Source of the DNA: an uncultured Methanoregulaceae archaeon
GTDB lineage: Archaea > Halobacteriota > Methanomicrobia > Methanomicrobiales > Methanospirillaceae
NCBI GenBank assembly: GCA_963701095.1
Contig: OY969564.1
Span: 832,001 to 896,000, forward strand
Length of the DNA: 64,000 nucleotides
Direction of reading: 5' to 3'
Part shown: one piece after another, positions 1-8,870 of the stretch
Numbering within the stretch: position 1 is the first letter of the stretch
Layout: the number at the start of each line of letters is the position of its first letter
Program-made: the position numbers and the translations under genes
The notes under the pieces: generated by a model
The model's input: the letters and a program-made list of their open reading frames with translations, nothing else
The model's database searches: none
What the model was told of the DNA's origin: nothing

Positions 1-21
1 TAACCAAAGAGGCCGGTTTTC

Positions 22-416
22 ATGACCGCTGAGACTGATATCGCCACCTATCTCGCAGCCCAGGGATTTGGTACCCTCGGTTCTAATATTTTCGTCAACG
101 ACCGGCCTGCCTCACCGGATGCCCTTATTGCAGTCTTCGGGTATACTGGCCAGGCCCCGGAACGTACCCACGATACTTCAGGTAATTCCAAGCCCGGAAT
201 CCAGGTCTGGGTACGGGGAGCGGTAGATGGTGCCGGGCAGCCCGGGCACAGATCGAAAGCATCTTTGCCGCACTCGACGGCATGACGAACACTACCATCA
301 ACGGGACGTTTTACGTTGGCATCAACGGCATCCAGTCCGGGGCAACCCCGATGGGCAAAGACGAGGTCAACCGTCCCGAATACGTGTGGAACTTTACCTG
401 TACCGTGAGGCGGTAA
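22..416 (+). CDS. Tail completion/terminator protein (Minor_capsid_3-like); apparent 1-nt frameshift near 237
   Basis: The N-half PGIQVWVRG continues in another frame as ..IESIFAALDG..GKDEVNRPEYVWNFTCTVRR*. It sits immediately before the tail tube gene. Confidence 0.7.
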
Positions 417-509
417 ATGCAGGCCCGGAAAGCACCACACGAGAAAACGCCGCAGCCGGCAAAAAAGCCGCATTTTACGACGCACAAACCCCGTAAACGG
501 AGAACCTGA
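417..509 (+). CDS. Possible 30-aa basic peptide
   Basis: ATG directly follows the TAA of the previous gene. MQARKAPHEKTPQPAKKPHFTTHKPRKRRT fills the gap before the tube gene. Confidence 0.35.
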   Translation: MQARKAPHEKTPQPAKKPHFTTHKPRKRRT

Positions 510-515
510 AAAACC

Positions 516-926
516 ATGTCATCTTTAGCCCAGAGAGGACAGGGCACGACCCTGTCAAAGACCGGTAGTCCCTACCACATCGCCGAAATCACCAAGATAG
601 GAGCTTTTGGCGCGAAACGTACGATGGTCGACGTAACCAGCCACGACACCGCCGGGAATGCCGACGACTGGATCTCCGGCCAGCTCCAGGGCGGCGACCT
701 CAAGATCACCGCGAACATGATCCACACCGACACCAGCGGCCAGGTGCAGGCTGTGACCGACATGCTTGCCGGGAACAAGACCTCGTACACTATCACGCTG
801 CCAACCGGGTCGACCTGGGTGGCGACCATGACCTGCCAGGAATACCAGGTCACCACTGATCTCAAGAACGCGATCACCATCGACCTGTCGTTCAAAGTCA
901 GCGGTGTACCCGTCTGGACGCCCTGA
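516..926 (+). CDS. Major tail tube protein
   Basis: 136 aa with tube-like motifs (VDVTSHDT, ITLPTGSTW, FKVSGVP) and canonical position before the chaperones and tape measure. Confidence 0.8.
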   Translation: MSSLAQRGQGTTLSKTGSPYHIAEITKIGAFGAKRTMVDVTSHDTAGNADDWISGQLQGGDLKITANMIHTDTSGQVQAVTDMLAGNKTSYTITLPTGSTWVATMTCQEYQVTTDLKNAITIDLSFKVSGVPVWTP

Positions 927-934
927 GGTAAACC

Positions 935-1364
935 ATGACCGTCCCTTCCGTAAAAGTGAGCCTTGACAAAGAATACGAACTACGGTTCGAGCAGGACGAT
1001 GTCATTGCCTGCGAAGACGAGATGAAGATGGGCTATGTCTTCTTTTTCCGGGTCGAGCGGCTGAACGGTATCCTTGTTCCGACTGTACCTCAGCCTGAGG
1101 CTGCTCCGGACACTCATTCATCACGGCCTGAAAAGCCGGAACGACCGCGGCGATTTCGTGTATGCTCTGCCGCAATCCAGCGAAGGAAAGAAAATGGCCG
1201 GAGATCTCATCCAGCAGTTCAAGCAGGCCGGCGGCCATGATATCGATCTCTGGGAGAAATGCCGGCAGGCATTCGCAGACTGGTTTGCCACACCGAAGGA
1301 GGGGGAGGTTTCCCAACCGGAACCCACAGGAGAGGAATCAAAAAATGTGCCCGGCGCTGGATAA
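935..1364 (+). CDS. Tail assembly chaperone (gpG-like); apparent indel near 1075
   Basis: ORFs 935..1240 (N-part) and 1074..1364 (RLLRTLIHHGLK..) join into one ~143-aa protein located after the tube gene. Confidence 0.65.
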
Positions 1365-1684
1365 CGAGCGCCGAACCGTTCGCATACGGGATATGTGGGT
1401 TAACTCGTGACCAGTTCCGGCATTACACTCCGGCAGAATTCGATGTGCTCTACCAAGCCCGGTGTAAAGCGAGAGATGAGCCGCTGTTTGCTTTCGACGC
1501 CATGAACGCGGTGCTGTGCATGGTGATAGCCCGGTGTGCCGGAAACAAGGACGCAAAGCCAGACGATTTCCTGACCCTTCTGCGGGAAACGAATGAAAAT
1601 GACGAGGTACCGGCAATGGGCGATAGTCCGGCTACAATACAACGGAAACTGGAACTTATGGCAGTATCGATGAGGCAACGGTAA
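1340..1684 (+). CDS. Tail assembly chaperone extension (gpT-like), reached by -1 ribosomal frameshift
   Basis: Slippery heptamer A AAA AAT at 1340-1346, in phase with the upstream ORF. The -1 frame is open to 1684 (GLTRDQFRHYTPAEF motif). Confidence 0.7.
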   Translation, partial: KKCARRWITSAEPFAYGICGLTRDQFRHYTPAEFDVLYQARCKARDEPLFAFDAMNAVLCMVIARCAGNKDAKPDDFLTLLRETNENDEVPAMGDSPATIQRKLELMAVSMRQR

Positions 1685-1770
1685 TGGGAATGGCGATAAA
1701 TTGGAGAACTTAGCATAGTAGAAGAAAATGGAGAATATCAAGGGGTTTTAGCTAAAAAAGAGAATAGGAG

Positions 1771-2475
1771 TTATCCCCAGCCCATAAGCTCGTACGTGAT
1801 GGAACCACTTGGGAAATTTGAAATCATCTTGACAGGAACCGGAATGCCTGATGCTGACCAATAGGTAAAGGTCGTTTCATTCACCAATCTGGTATATTTG
1901 CTAGCATTAGGATAGGATCCCGCCGGCACTGAAACTGGTTCAATGTCTACAAAAGTGAGCGGTGTTGCCGTGTTGAAACTTGTTACTGCATCTAGTGAGG
2001 TCTGACCTGGAGGAATGTTCGTTGTTGTTTTCTGGCCATTGAACGTAATTGTCATCGTCCCACCGAGTAAAGAGTTCATCGACAAATCATAGTAAGTATC
2101 ATAAACCGTGTTTAAACCGTTTGTCGAAGATGTCATGGTAATTTTTGAATGGATTGCCGATTGCCCTTGATAAGTTCCGATGGACCTCTCCACCTTCATA
2201 TCCATCACTATAGTGTTACCACCAGTCGCTGTTGTAGCCTGATATTCAAACCAATTGAAGTTCGTTCCGAAGACCGATGAGGAATTTACGATCGAACCTG
2301 CTTGAGGCAATGCCAACGAAGGATTTGATGGCGGGCTGGTCGCAGAAGGAGTGCCCGACGATGTGGGAACGGATACATTCGAAGATGGAGGGGTAGTTTG
2401 AGATGTACAACCCATAAAAGTGATCGCAATAACCACAAGCATAACTGAAATTATACCGACAAATGCTGATTTCAT
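1771..2475 (-). CDS. Predicted lipoprotein (moron inside the tail operon)
   Basis: Hydrophobic signal ending FMGC, Ser/Pro/Thr linker and beta-rich domain. Opposite strand and lower GC than the tail genes. Confidence 0.75.
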   Translation of the reverse strand: MKSAFVGIISVMLVVIAITFMGCTSQTTPPSSNVSVPTSSGTPSATSPPSNPSLALPQAGSIVNSSSVFGTNFNWFEYQATTATGGNTIVMDMKVERSIGTYQGQSAIHSKITMTSSTNGLNTVYDTYYDLSMNSLLGGTMTITFNGQKTTTNIPPGQTSLDAVTSFNTATPLTFVDIEPVSVPAGSYPNASKYTRLVNETTFTYWSASGIPVPVKMISNFPSGSITYELMGWG

Positions 2476-2662
2476 TGGTATCCTCCAAAGATTTGAACAG
2501 AAATCACAAAAATCCGTTTTCGTGTATTTGAAATCTTGAATGTTAGGATTGATTGATAATAGTTCATATTTCGGAAATATTTAATAATTTCCAAATTATT
2601 CAAACAAACATTATCGCGACACCTATCCCCATGATTCAGTAATTTATTCAAAATTAAACCTT

Positions 2663-2776
2663 TTTTCCCAATCCCTCCATTTTCCGTGCGATTTTGCCGA
2701 ATTCATGCTCGGCTATAATCCGGCAAAACACCACTATATTCAATGGAAGCAGGCGCTATCATCGTCCGGTTGAATC
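2663..2776 (+). repeat. 114-bp direct repeat, copy 1 (upstream region plus first 11 codons of the tape measure gene)
   Basis: Matches 3766-3879 with 3 mismatches. Contains the inverted repeat TTTTGCCG..CGGCAAAA. Confidence 0.95.
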
Positions 2777-2820
2777 GCTCTTACTACTTTTGGTCTGGGC
2801 GGTCCTTGCTGGAATAATTC

Positions 2821-3657
2821 TTACACATTCAACATTTCCGGCAACTTTCTCGCCCATGACTTGATCTTATCTCCCTCCTGAAAATCCGTTGAGGGAATAT
2901 TTTTGTTTTTTGCGAAACGTGTCGTGAAGCTAAGTTTTTTCTGACCCGGTGCAGCGGTAAAAAAGATTGAGGAGACCGGAGAGATTGGAGATAATGCCAT
3001 TTTCACGTTTGTCATCACAGAGTCAGGATTCATTCCCTCAAGACCAACAGCAAAAATGGCTACCGGCATGTGTGACAACTGTTCGCTAAAACGTTTTTTT
3101 GTAAAATTTCCAATATCCCCTAAACCTGTTGGTCCGGTAAAAATCGGTACTCCGATAATAACCGCAGAATAATTTTCCAGCGAGGACACGTTTTTCATAT
3201 CAGCTACATCAATAGTATATTCTGCCGTACGCAGTTCGTTTCCGATCTCCTGCGCGATTTCTGGTGTTGATCCGAGGAGTGATGAATAGGTAATGAGAAT
3301 ACGATTGCCGTAAAACTCTCCTCCGTTGTAAGATTCCCCGGATAAGGGCATATTTGTCTTTGTATATCTGTCACTCCAGGAATCCGGAACATATATTCCA
3401 TTGCCTGATGTCGACAACGAAGTCCGGTTTTGACGTTTCAATTCCTGCAGAAGGTGCGAGTGTACAAAATGCCATCGGCAATAATCTAAACATATAGCCC
3501 CAGAAAGTAAAACGACAAAGATGCCGATGTCAAAACCCCTAAAAGGAAGGATTGTAAAACGAAGCTGTGGAATAATGAAGAATAAAATAACAGCTGTCAC
3601 GAGTACTTTCAGAACAAATATTTTCCAATTATTGAAGTATCCAGTAATATAATCCAT
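2821..3657 (-). CDS. Membrane-anchored flavodoxin-domain protein (HemG/Flavodoxin_5-like)
   Basis: Two N-terminal TM segments, then ILITYSSLLGSTPEIAQEI, YSAVIIGVPI, PVAIFAVG and IKSWARKL flavodoxin motifs. Confidence 0.75.
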   Translation of the reverse strand: MDYITGYFNNWKIFVLKVLVTAVILFFIIPQLRFTILPFRGFDIGIFVVLLSGAICLDYCRWHFVHSHLLQELKRQNRTSLSTSGNGIYVPDSWSDRYTKTNMPLSGESYNGGEFYGNRILITYSSLLGSTPEIAQEIGNELRTAEYTIDVADMKNVSSLENYSAVIIGVPIFTGPTGLGDIGNFTKKRFSEQLSHMPVAIFAVGLEGMNPDSVMTNVKMALSPISPVSSIFFTAAPGQKKLSFTTRFAKNKNIPSTDFQEGDKIKSWARKLPEMLNV

Positions 3658-3765
3658 GAATTAACAAATACTATTCACATTAAATTTATAAAGATGATTT
3701 CTACAGAGCCAAAAAAAAATCCTAATAAGTGATTTCGAAATAAATTATTCTCCTCAAACCACCCC

Positions 3766-3879
3766 TTTTCCCAATCCCTCCATTTTCCGTGCGATTTTGC
3801 CGAATTCATGCTCGGCTATAATCCGGCAAAACACCACTATATTCAATGGAAGCTGGCGCTATCACCGTCCGGTTAAATC
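3766..3879 (+). repeat. 114-bp direct repeat, copy 2 (overlaps the true tape measure start)
   Basis: Offset 1103 bp from copy 1. Confidence 0.95.
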
Positions 3880-5642
3880 TGGATGCGTCCGGGATGCAGG
3901 GCGGTATCTCCAGCCTCAACCAGGGCATAACCGGCGTTGCTGCACAGTTCGATGTCCTCCAGTATGCGGCATCGGCCGTGTTCGGGTACGTCGAACAGGG
4001 ATTCAGTGATACCGTCGGTACTGCCATTGCGTACTCTGACCAGATGCAGCACGTCTCTGATGTAACCGGCATGAGTGCTGAATCTGCGCAGAAATGGAAC
4101 GCCGCCAATATCTCGGTTGGCGGTTCCCTGGATTCGATGCTCTCTTCGCTCCAGATGGTACAGGGTAAGATCGCCGACACAACCACCGCTGGCAATACCT
4201 ACCGGAAAACCCTGGACGATCTGGGCATCGCGTACAAAGATGTCAACGGCAATTATCTCGACGCCGATACCCTCCAGAAAAACATCCTTGAAAGCCTCAG
4301 CAAAGTAACCGATGCCACCCAGCGGGACTCGGATGCCCGGCTTATCTATGGCCGGGGATGGGCAAGCAATGCCGAACTTATCACGAACGCCACTAAAGCC
4401 CTCCAGACCTATAACGCGACCCCGGCGCCATTCTCCGACGACCAGATAGCCGCTGCCCACAACATGGGAATCGAGCTTGACGAGTTCAATGCCAAACTCT
4501 CCATTACCCAGACCACCCTTGGCATGGAACTGTTACCATCGGTAAACACCTTGGTAACCACATTCAGTTCGGCTTTCAATGAGGACAGCCCGGTCATCAC
4601 CTTTTTCTCATGGCTTGATGGAGCGATTGAAGATTCCGTCGAAGGGTTCGCAAAACTCGTTGGCGGTATCGAAGCCGGCACCATCGCCGTCGCGGATATT
4701 ACCAGCGGGAAAGGACTTGCCCAGGCAACGGCAGATTTCCAGGCCCAGGAAAACAAGACCACCGCTTACATCACCAACCTCCACGGTCAGTTCGATCTCT
4801 CAAAAGAGGCGATGGCTCAAACCTCATCGCCCGCCGAAGCCGCAAGTACCCCTGCCGCCACAACGCCGTCAGATACCACGCCTGCCAAAGCGGCAAAGAG
4901 TACCAAAACCACCACACCAAAAACTGGCTCCGGGTGGGACGATGCCGCCATTGGTCCACCGGGTTCCGAAATGAACCAGTTCATGATGCAGGCAGAGGCA
5001 GCGGGGCAATCCTATAGCGATGCCCTTGACCTCTGGGCCGGAGAAGGCCAGGGTACCCCGGCAAACATTGCGTTCCTGCAGCAGTTCCAGGCCGGACAGG
5101 CAAACCAGGGCATGAATGAGCGGGCAGCCGCAGATTCCGGTAGCACGAGTACAACCACCCCGGCCAGCACGACAAAGACCGCCGATGCCCCGAGCCAGTA
5201 CGATACCCAGCTCAAAGCCGCCCAGAAATTTTACAGCGACCTGCAGGCACTGGAGACCACGCAGCTTACGGCCTTAAACAAGATCGAACAGACGTACTGG
5301 ACAAACGTTACCCAGATGGCTCAGGCAGCGCTTGCCGACTGGCAGAGCATCGCCACCCAGATCTCCAGTATCATTGCGTACGAGAATACAATAACGGCGA
5401 AAAACGGGGTGGCACAGTCCCAACCTTTGGCTGCCCAGACCGTCACCGGTTCTTCCATCAGCACCGCGAACCCAAACACGTCGATAACCGCAGGAAGTCC
5501 CGGTGGAAATACAGCGCCATCCGCTCCGGCGATAACCGTCAACGTCACCGCTCCCTCAACCGACGCCGGCGATATCGTCAACGCTGCAAGGAACGCCCTC
5601 CAGGTAGCCGGTAACAGTGTATCGGCAGGGAGCCTGTACTGA
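3846..5642 (+). CDS. Tail tape measure protein
   Basis: 598 aa, Ala/Gln-rich and helical. N-terminal GAITVRLNLD and C-terminal ITVNVT..DAGDIV are typical of tape measures. Lies between the chaperones and Dit. Confidence 0.85.
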   Translation: MEAGAITVRLNLDASGMQGGISSLNQGITGVAAQFDVLQYAASAVFGYVEQGFSDTVGTAIAYSDQMQHVSDVTGMSAESAQKWNAANISVGGSLDSMLSSLQMVQGKIADTTTAGNTYRKTLDDLGIAYKDVNGNYLDADTLQKNILESLSKVTDATQRDSDARLIYGRGWASNAELITNATKALQTYNATPAPFSDDQIAAAHNMGIELDEFNAKLSITQTTLGMELLPSVNTLVTTFSSAFNEDSPVITFFSWLDGAIEDSVEGFAKLVGGIEAGTIAVADITSGKGLAQATADFQAQENKTTAYITNLHGQFDLSKEAMAQTSSPAEAASTPAATTPSDTTPAKAAKSTKTTTPKTGSGWDDAAIGPPGSEMNQFMMQAEAAGQSYSDALDLWAGEGQGTPANIAFLQQFQAGQANQGMNERAAADSGSTSTTTPASTTKTADAPSQYDTQLKAAQKFYSDLQALETTQLTALNKIEQTYWTNVTQMAQAALADWQSIATQISSIIAYENTITAKNGVAQSQPLAAQTVTGSSISTANPNTSITAGSPGGNTAPSAPAITVNVTAPSTDAGDIVNAARNALQVAGNSVSAGSLY

Positions 5643-6523
5643 TGTATTTTACCTGGACGCCGCCGGGAGGCTCGCCGGGCCTGACCTTCTCCGGAAGTGC
5701 CCCGGATTACCGGCTGCTCAAGGGATACGACGGCCTTGAGGCAATGGCCAGTGTCGTCATGACCGCGAAATCCCTGTATCTGGACGGGGAATTTATAATC
5801 GCTACCCCGTGGCTGGACGACCGGTCAATCACCATCCCGCTCATGATTATCTCCACCGACGGCACTCTCCCCACCCTCCAGGCCGAAGTCCTCACGCTGG
5901 TTTCTGCCTTAAATCCGAAAAATGGCATCGGAACTCTGACTTTCTACAACGATGCCGGGGCGGCCTATGCCATCAATTGCGTCAACGATACCGGTTCCCC
6001 GGCCATGGATACCAACGTCCGGGGGCTGACGTACTGGCAGTGCACCCTCAAGTTCAAGGCATACGATCCAACGTGGTACAACCCGGTCGCCGGGACAAAC
6101 CCGTTCCAGACCTTCTATAACGGGTGGTCATATCCCCGCAGTTATCCCGAAAGTTACGGGATGGCAAACACGACTCTGGGATGCACCAACAACGGCAACA
6201 CGCCCACATGGTTTACGGCCGTGGTGACCGGCCCTGTGGCCAATCCCGTTATCACGAACCTTGCCACCGGGGAATTCCTCCAGTCAAGCCAGATCCTCTC
6301 GGCGGGGGACACCCTCACCATCAGCACGAAACCCCGGGCATGCACCGCGACCTACACCCCCTCCGGTGGCAGCCCAATAAACGCCATGAAAACAATGTCG
6401 CTCAACAGCACCTTTTTCCTGCTTCCTTCCGGGGTAACCGCGATCACCTACGCTTCGAGCCTGAACATCCAGAGCGGATCCACTATGACCATTACCTGGA
6501 ACGACCGGTGGGCGGCGATCTAA
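5642..6523 (+). CDS. Distal tail protein (Dit, Sipho_tail-like)
   Basis: Motifs FKAYDPTWY, NNGNTPT, GPVANPVITN, GDTLTIST, FFLLPSG. Start overlaps the tape measure stop. Confidence 0.85.
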   Translation: MYFTWTPPGGSPGLTFSGSAPDYRLLKGYDGLEAMASVVMTAKSLYLDGEFIIATPWLDDRSITIPLMIISTDGTLPTLQAEVLTLVSALNPKNGIGTLTFYNDAGAAYAINCVNDTGSPAMDTNVRGLTYWQCTLKFKAYDPTWYNPVAGTNPFQTFYNGWSYPRSYPESYGMANTTLGCTNNGNTPTWFTAVVTGPVANPVITNLATGEFLQSSQILSAGDTLTISTKPRACTATYTPSGGSPINAMKTMSLNSTFFLLPSGVTAITYASSLNIQSGSTMTITWNDRWAAI

Positions 6524-6541
6524 ATCCCGGCAGCGAATCCT

Positions 6542-8870
6542 ATGCCCCTCTGGGTCTTTGACCCGACCTTAAACGCCATCGGCATCATCGACGGGTACCA
6601 GTACCTGTCCTGGACGCGGGACTTCCGGGGCGTCGGTGCGATGAAATTAGAGGTAGCCAAAGGTCTCGCCCGCGACAACCTGGGGAATTCCCTGGTCCAG
6701 CCGGGGAACTTCTTTGGCCTGTACCGGAACGGCTGGTGGCGGATAGCCCGGATCACGCAGGGAAGCATTGCGTGGAAAGCGGACGACACCACGAATTCAG
6801 ACCTCTGGACGATTACCTGCGCTGACGGCAAAGGTATTCTCAACCAGCGGCTGTGCCTTACCGACACAACGACCGGCACCGGATACAATTCCCTTGCCAC
6901 CGATGCGGAGACGGTCATCCGGACACTGATTACCGAAGAGATGATGGCCAATGCTAATCCCGACCGCAACATCCCCCAGCTCGTCCTTGAGACAATCAAC
7001 CAAAGCCGTGGCGGGACCGTCACGATTGACGCCCGGTTTGACTATGTTATGGATACGATCACGGAGGTACTCAACCAGAGCGGGTTTCTCGGCCTGGAAG
7101 TCCGGATGAACCCCGCCGTAACGCCGCCAACGCTTGTCCCGACCATGATCGTCGGCACCGACCGCACCCAGTCCGTGTTTTTCACCCCGAAGTTCTCCAA
7201 CGTCCGGGAACTGGACTATTCCTTCGATATTTCTAAGTCCCGGAACGCGGCTCTCGTGGCCGTTCCGGTACCGGCGCCGCACGGACACAGTCCTGGGTAA
7301 CCGTCGATAATTCCTTCTACCCGATGGGACGCCTTGGTTTCTCAACCACAGTCTGTTCTCTTGCAGACTGCGGGAACGGGATCCTGGTCTTCGGTGCCAA
7401 TGACGGGTTCATCTACCGGAGCACCACCAACGGCAGTACGTGGACGCAGATCACCGGGCTGGACTCCGGATCCGTTTCCGCACTCCTGTTCGTCAACAAC
7501 ATGGTTATCGCAGGAACCTCCCCGAACGCGAAACTCTGGGTATCGTATGACCTCGGCCTGACGTGGACACTTCTGGCAACGCTTCTTACCCAGGATGGAT
7601 CGACCACCATCAGCTGCCTTGCCTGCGACGGCCGGCCCGATGTGCTCACGACCACAGTAACCGCTACCACGGGTATTAACGACAGCCCGGGCATGATCAA
7701 CGATAGCGAAACGGTGGGCTGGACGGGTGCCATCAATATCTATGCCGGCACTGGCGGAAGCGGCAAAGGGACCGCCTGGATGGCGAACCTGAATTCCCTC
7801 TCGTCGTGGTCAAGCCTCGGTGCTCTCACCGGCGGCGATACGGCTGTGAGCGCCATGATCTATGCCGGCGTAGCCGGTGCCAACGGTGCCCCCACGTGGT
7901 CAACGCACGTCACCACCGATTCCAATCCCATCCCCGCATGCCCCCGGGGTGTATGGCCGCCGCGGGAAGCTCGGGAAACCTGTACTGGTTCGGGCAGGTA
8001 CTGGCCGGGATCGATGCGGTCTACCTGCAGGAGGGGCCGCAGAGCGTTGGCTACCAGACGGCGGTATGGGGGCCGTTGCAATGGAACCTCATTTACACCT
8101 TTCCCGGGGTGACGGCTGTACCGGTGCTTCTCGCAGCAGCGAACGGCGATGTCCTTGCTGGCTGTGCACCCGGCGGCGAGCTCTTCCGGTGTTCGGGGGG
8201 TCTTGTGTCCTGCCAGAACCTGATCAACCCTAACCAGTGGGCGTACGTGACCCGGCTTGGTACCGGGAAGCTGACGGTCAGCTGCATGGTTGACGGCGGG
8301 CAGGGGCTGTTGTATGCCGGGGTCAGCGGCGGTACCAATGCCCAGGTGTACCGGAGCCTGGATTACGGGGCTACCTGGGTATCGCTCGGGAACGTAGGGA
8401 CGGAAACCGGGGTCTTTGTGCTCAACCTATCGCCGACGGGGTACCTGGTGCTGGGCACATCTCCTTCCGGCGCCATCTACCAGGCCATGAACGTCAGCCT
8501 TGGTAAAATCCCGACCGGCATGAACCGTTCGGAAATCCTGGTGGACGCTTCCGACGCCCAGAGCGCCGGCACTATCACGGCACAGGGAGCCCAGACGATC
8601 ACCGATCTCGCGGAAGTGGATACCCTTACCTGTATCCTCCAGCCGGGAAGCGATACGTTTGTTTACGGGACGGATTTTGATCTCGGCGATATGGTCACCG
8701 TCGTGTACCCGGGCATCGTGCAGAAAAGCGCCCGGATCCTGACGATCCTTGAAGAATATTCCTTAACTGACGGCGAACAGGACACGATCACGCTCGGGAG
8801 CACCGGTACCGATCTGGTCAGTATCGTCAAGAAAGCGAACAAAGCAAACACGAAAGCCAGGAGGAAATGA
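6542..8870 (+). CDS. Tal/baseplate hub protein (ReqiPepy6 Gp37-like) with inserted beta-propeller; apparent frameshifts
   Basis: N-part GIIDGYQYLSWTRDFRGVG..SRNAALVA and C-part RSEILVDASD..FVYGTDFDLGDMVTV, with BNR-like repeats (SYDLGLTW, SLDYGATW) between. Spread over three ORFs. Confidence 0.75.

Noticed and set aside
935..1684. TGA read-through joining ORFs 935..1240 and 1259..1684 (same frame)
   Set aside because: The middle section in that frame looks like off-frame sequence, while the 1074..1364 frame gives a chaperone-like helical sequence.
2663..3879. Diversity-generating retroelement TR/VR pair
   Set aside because: There is no reverse transcriptase in the window. The three mismatches are not consistently at adenines of one copy, and the repeat covers a gene start rather than a C-terminal variable region.
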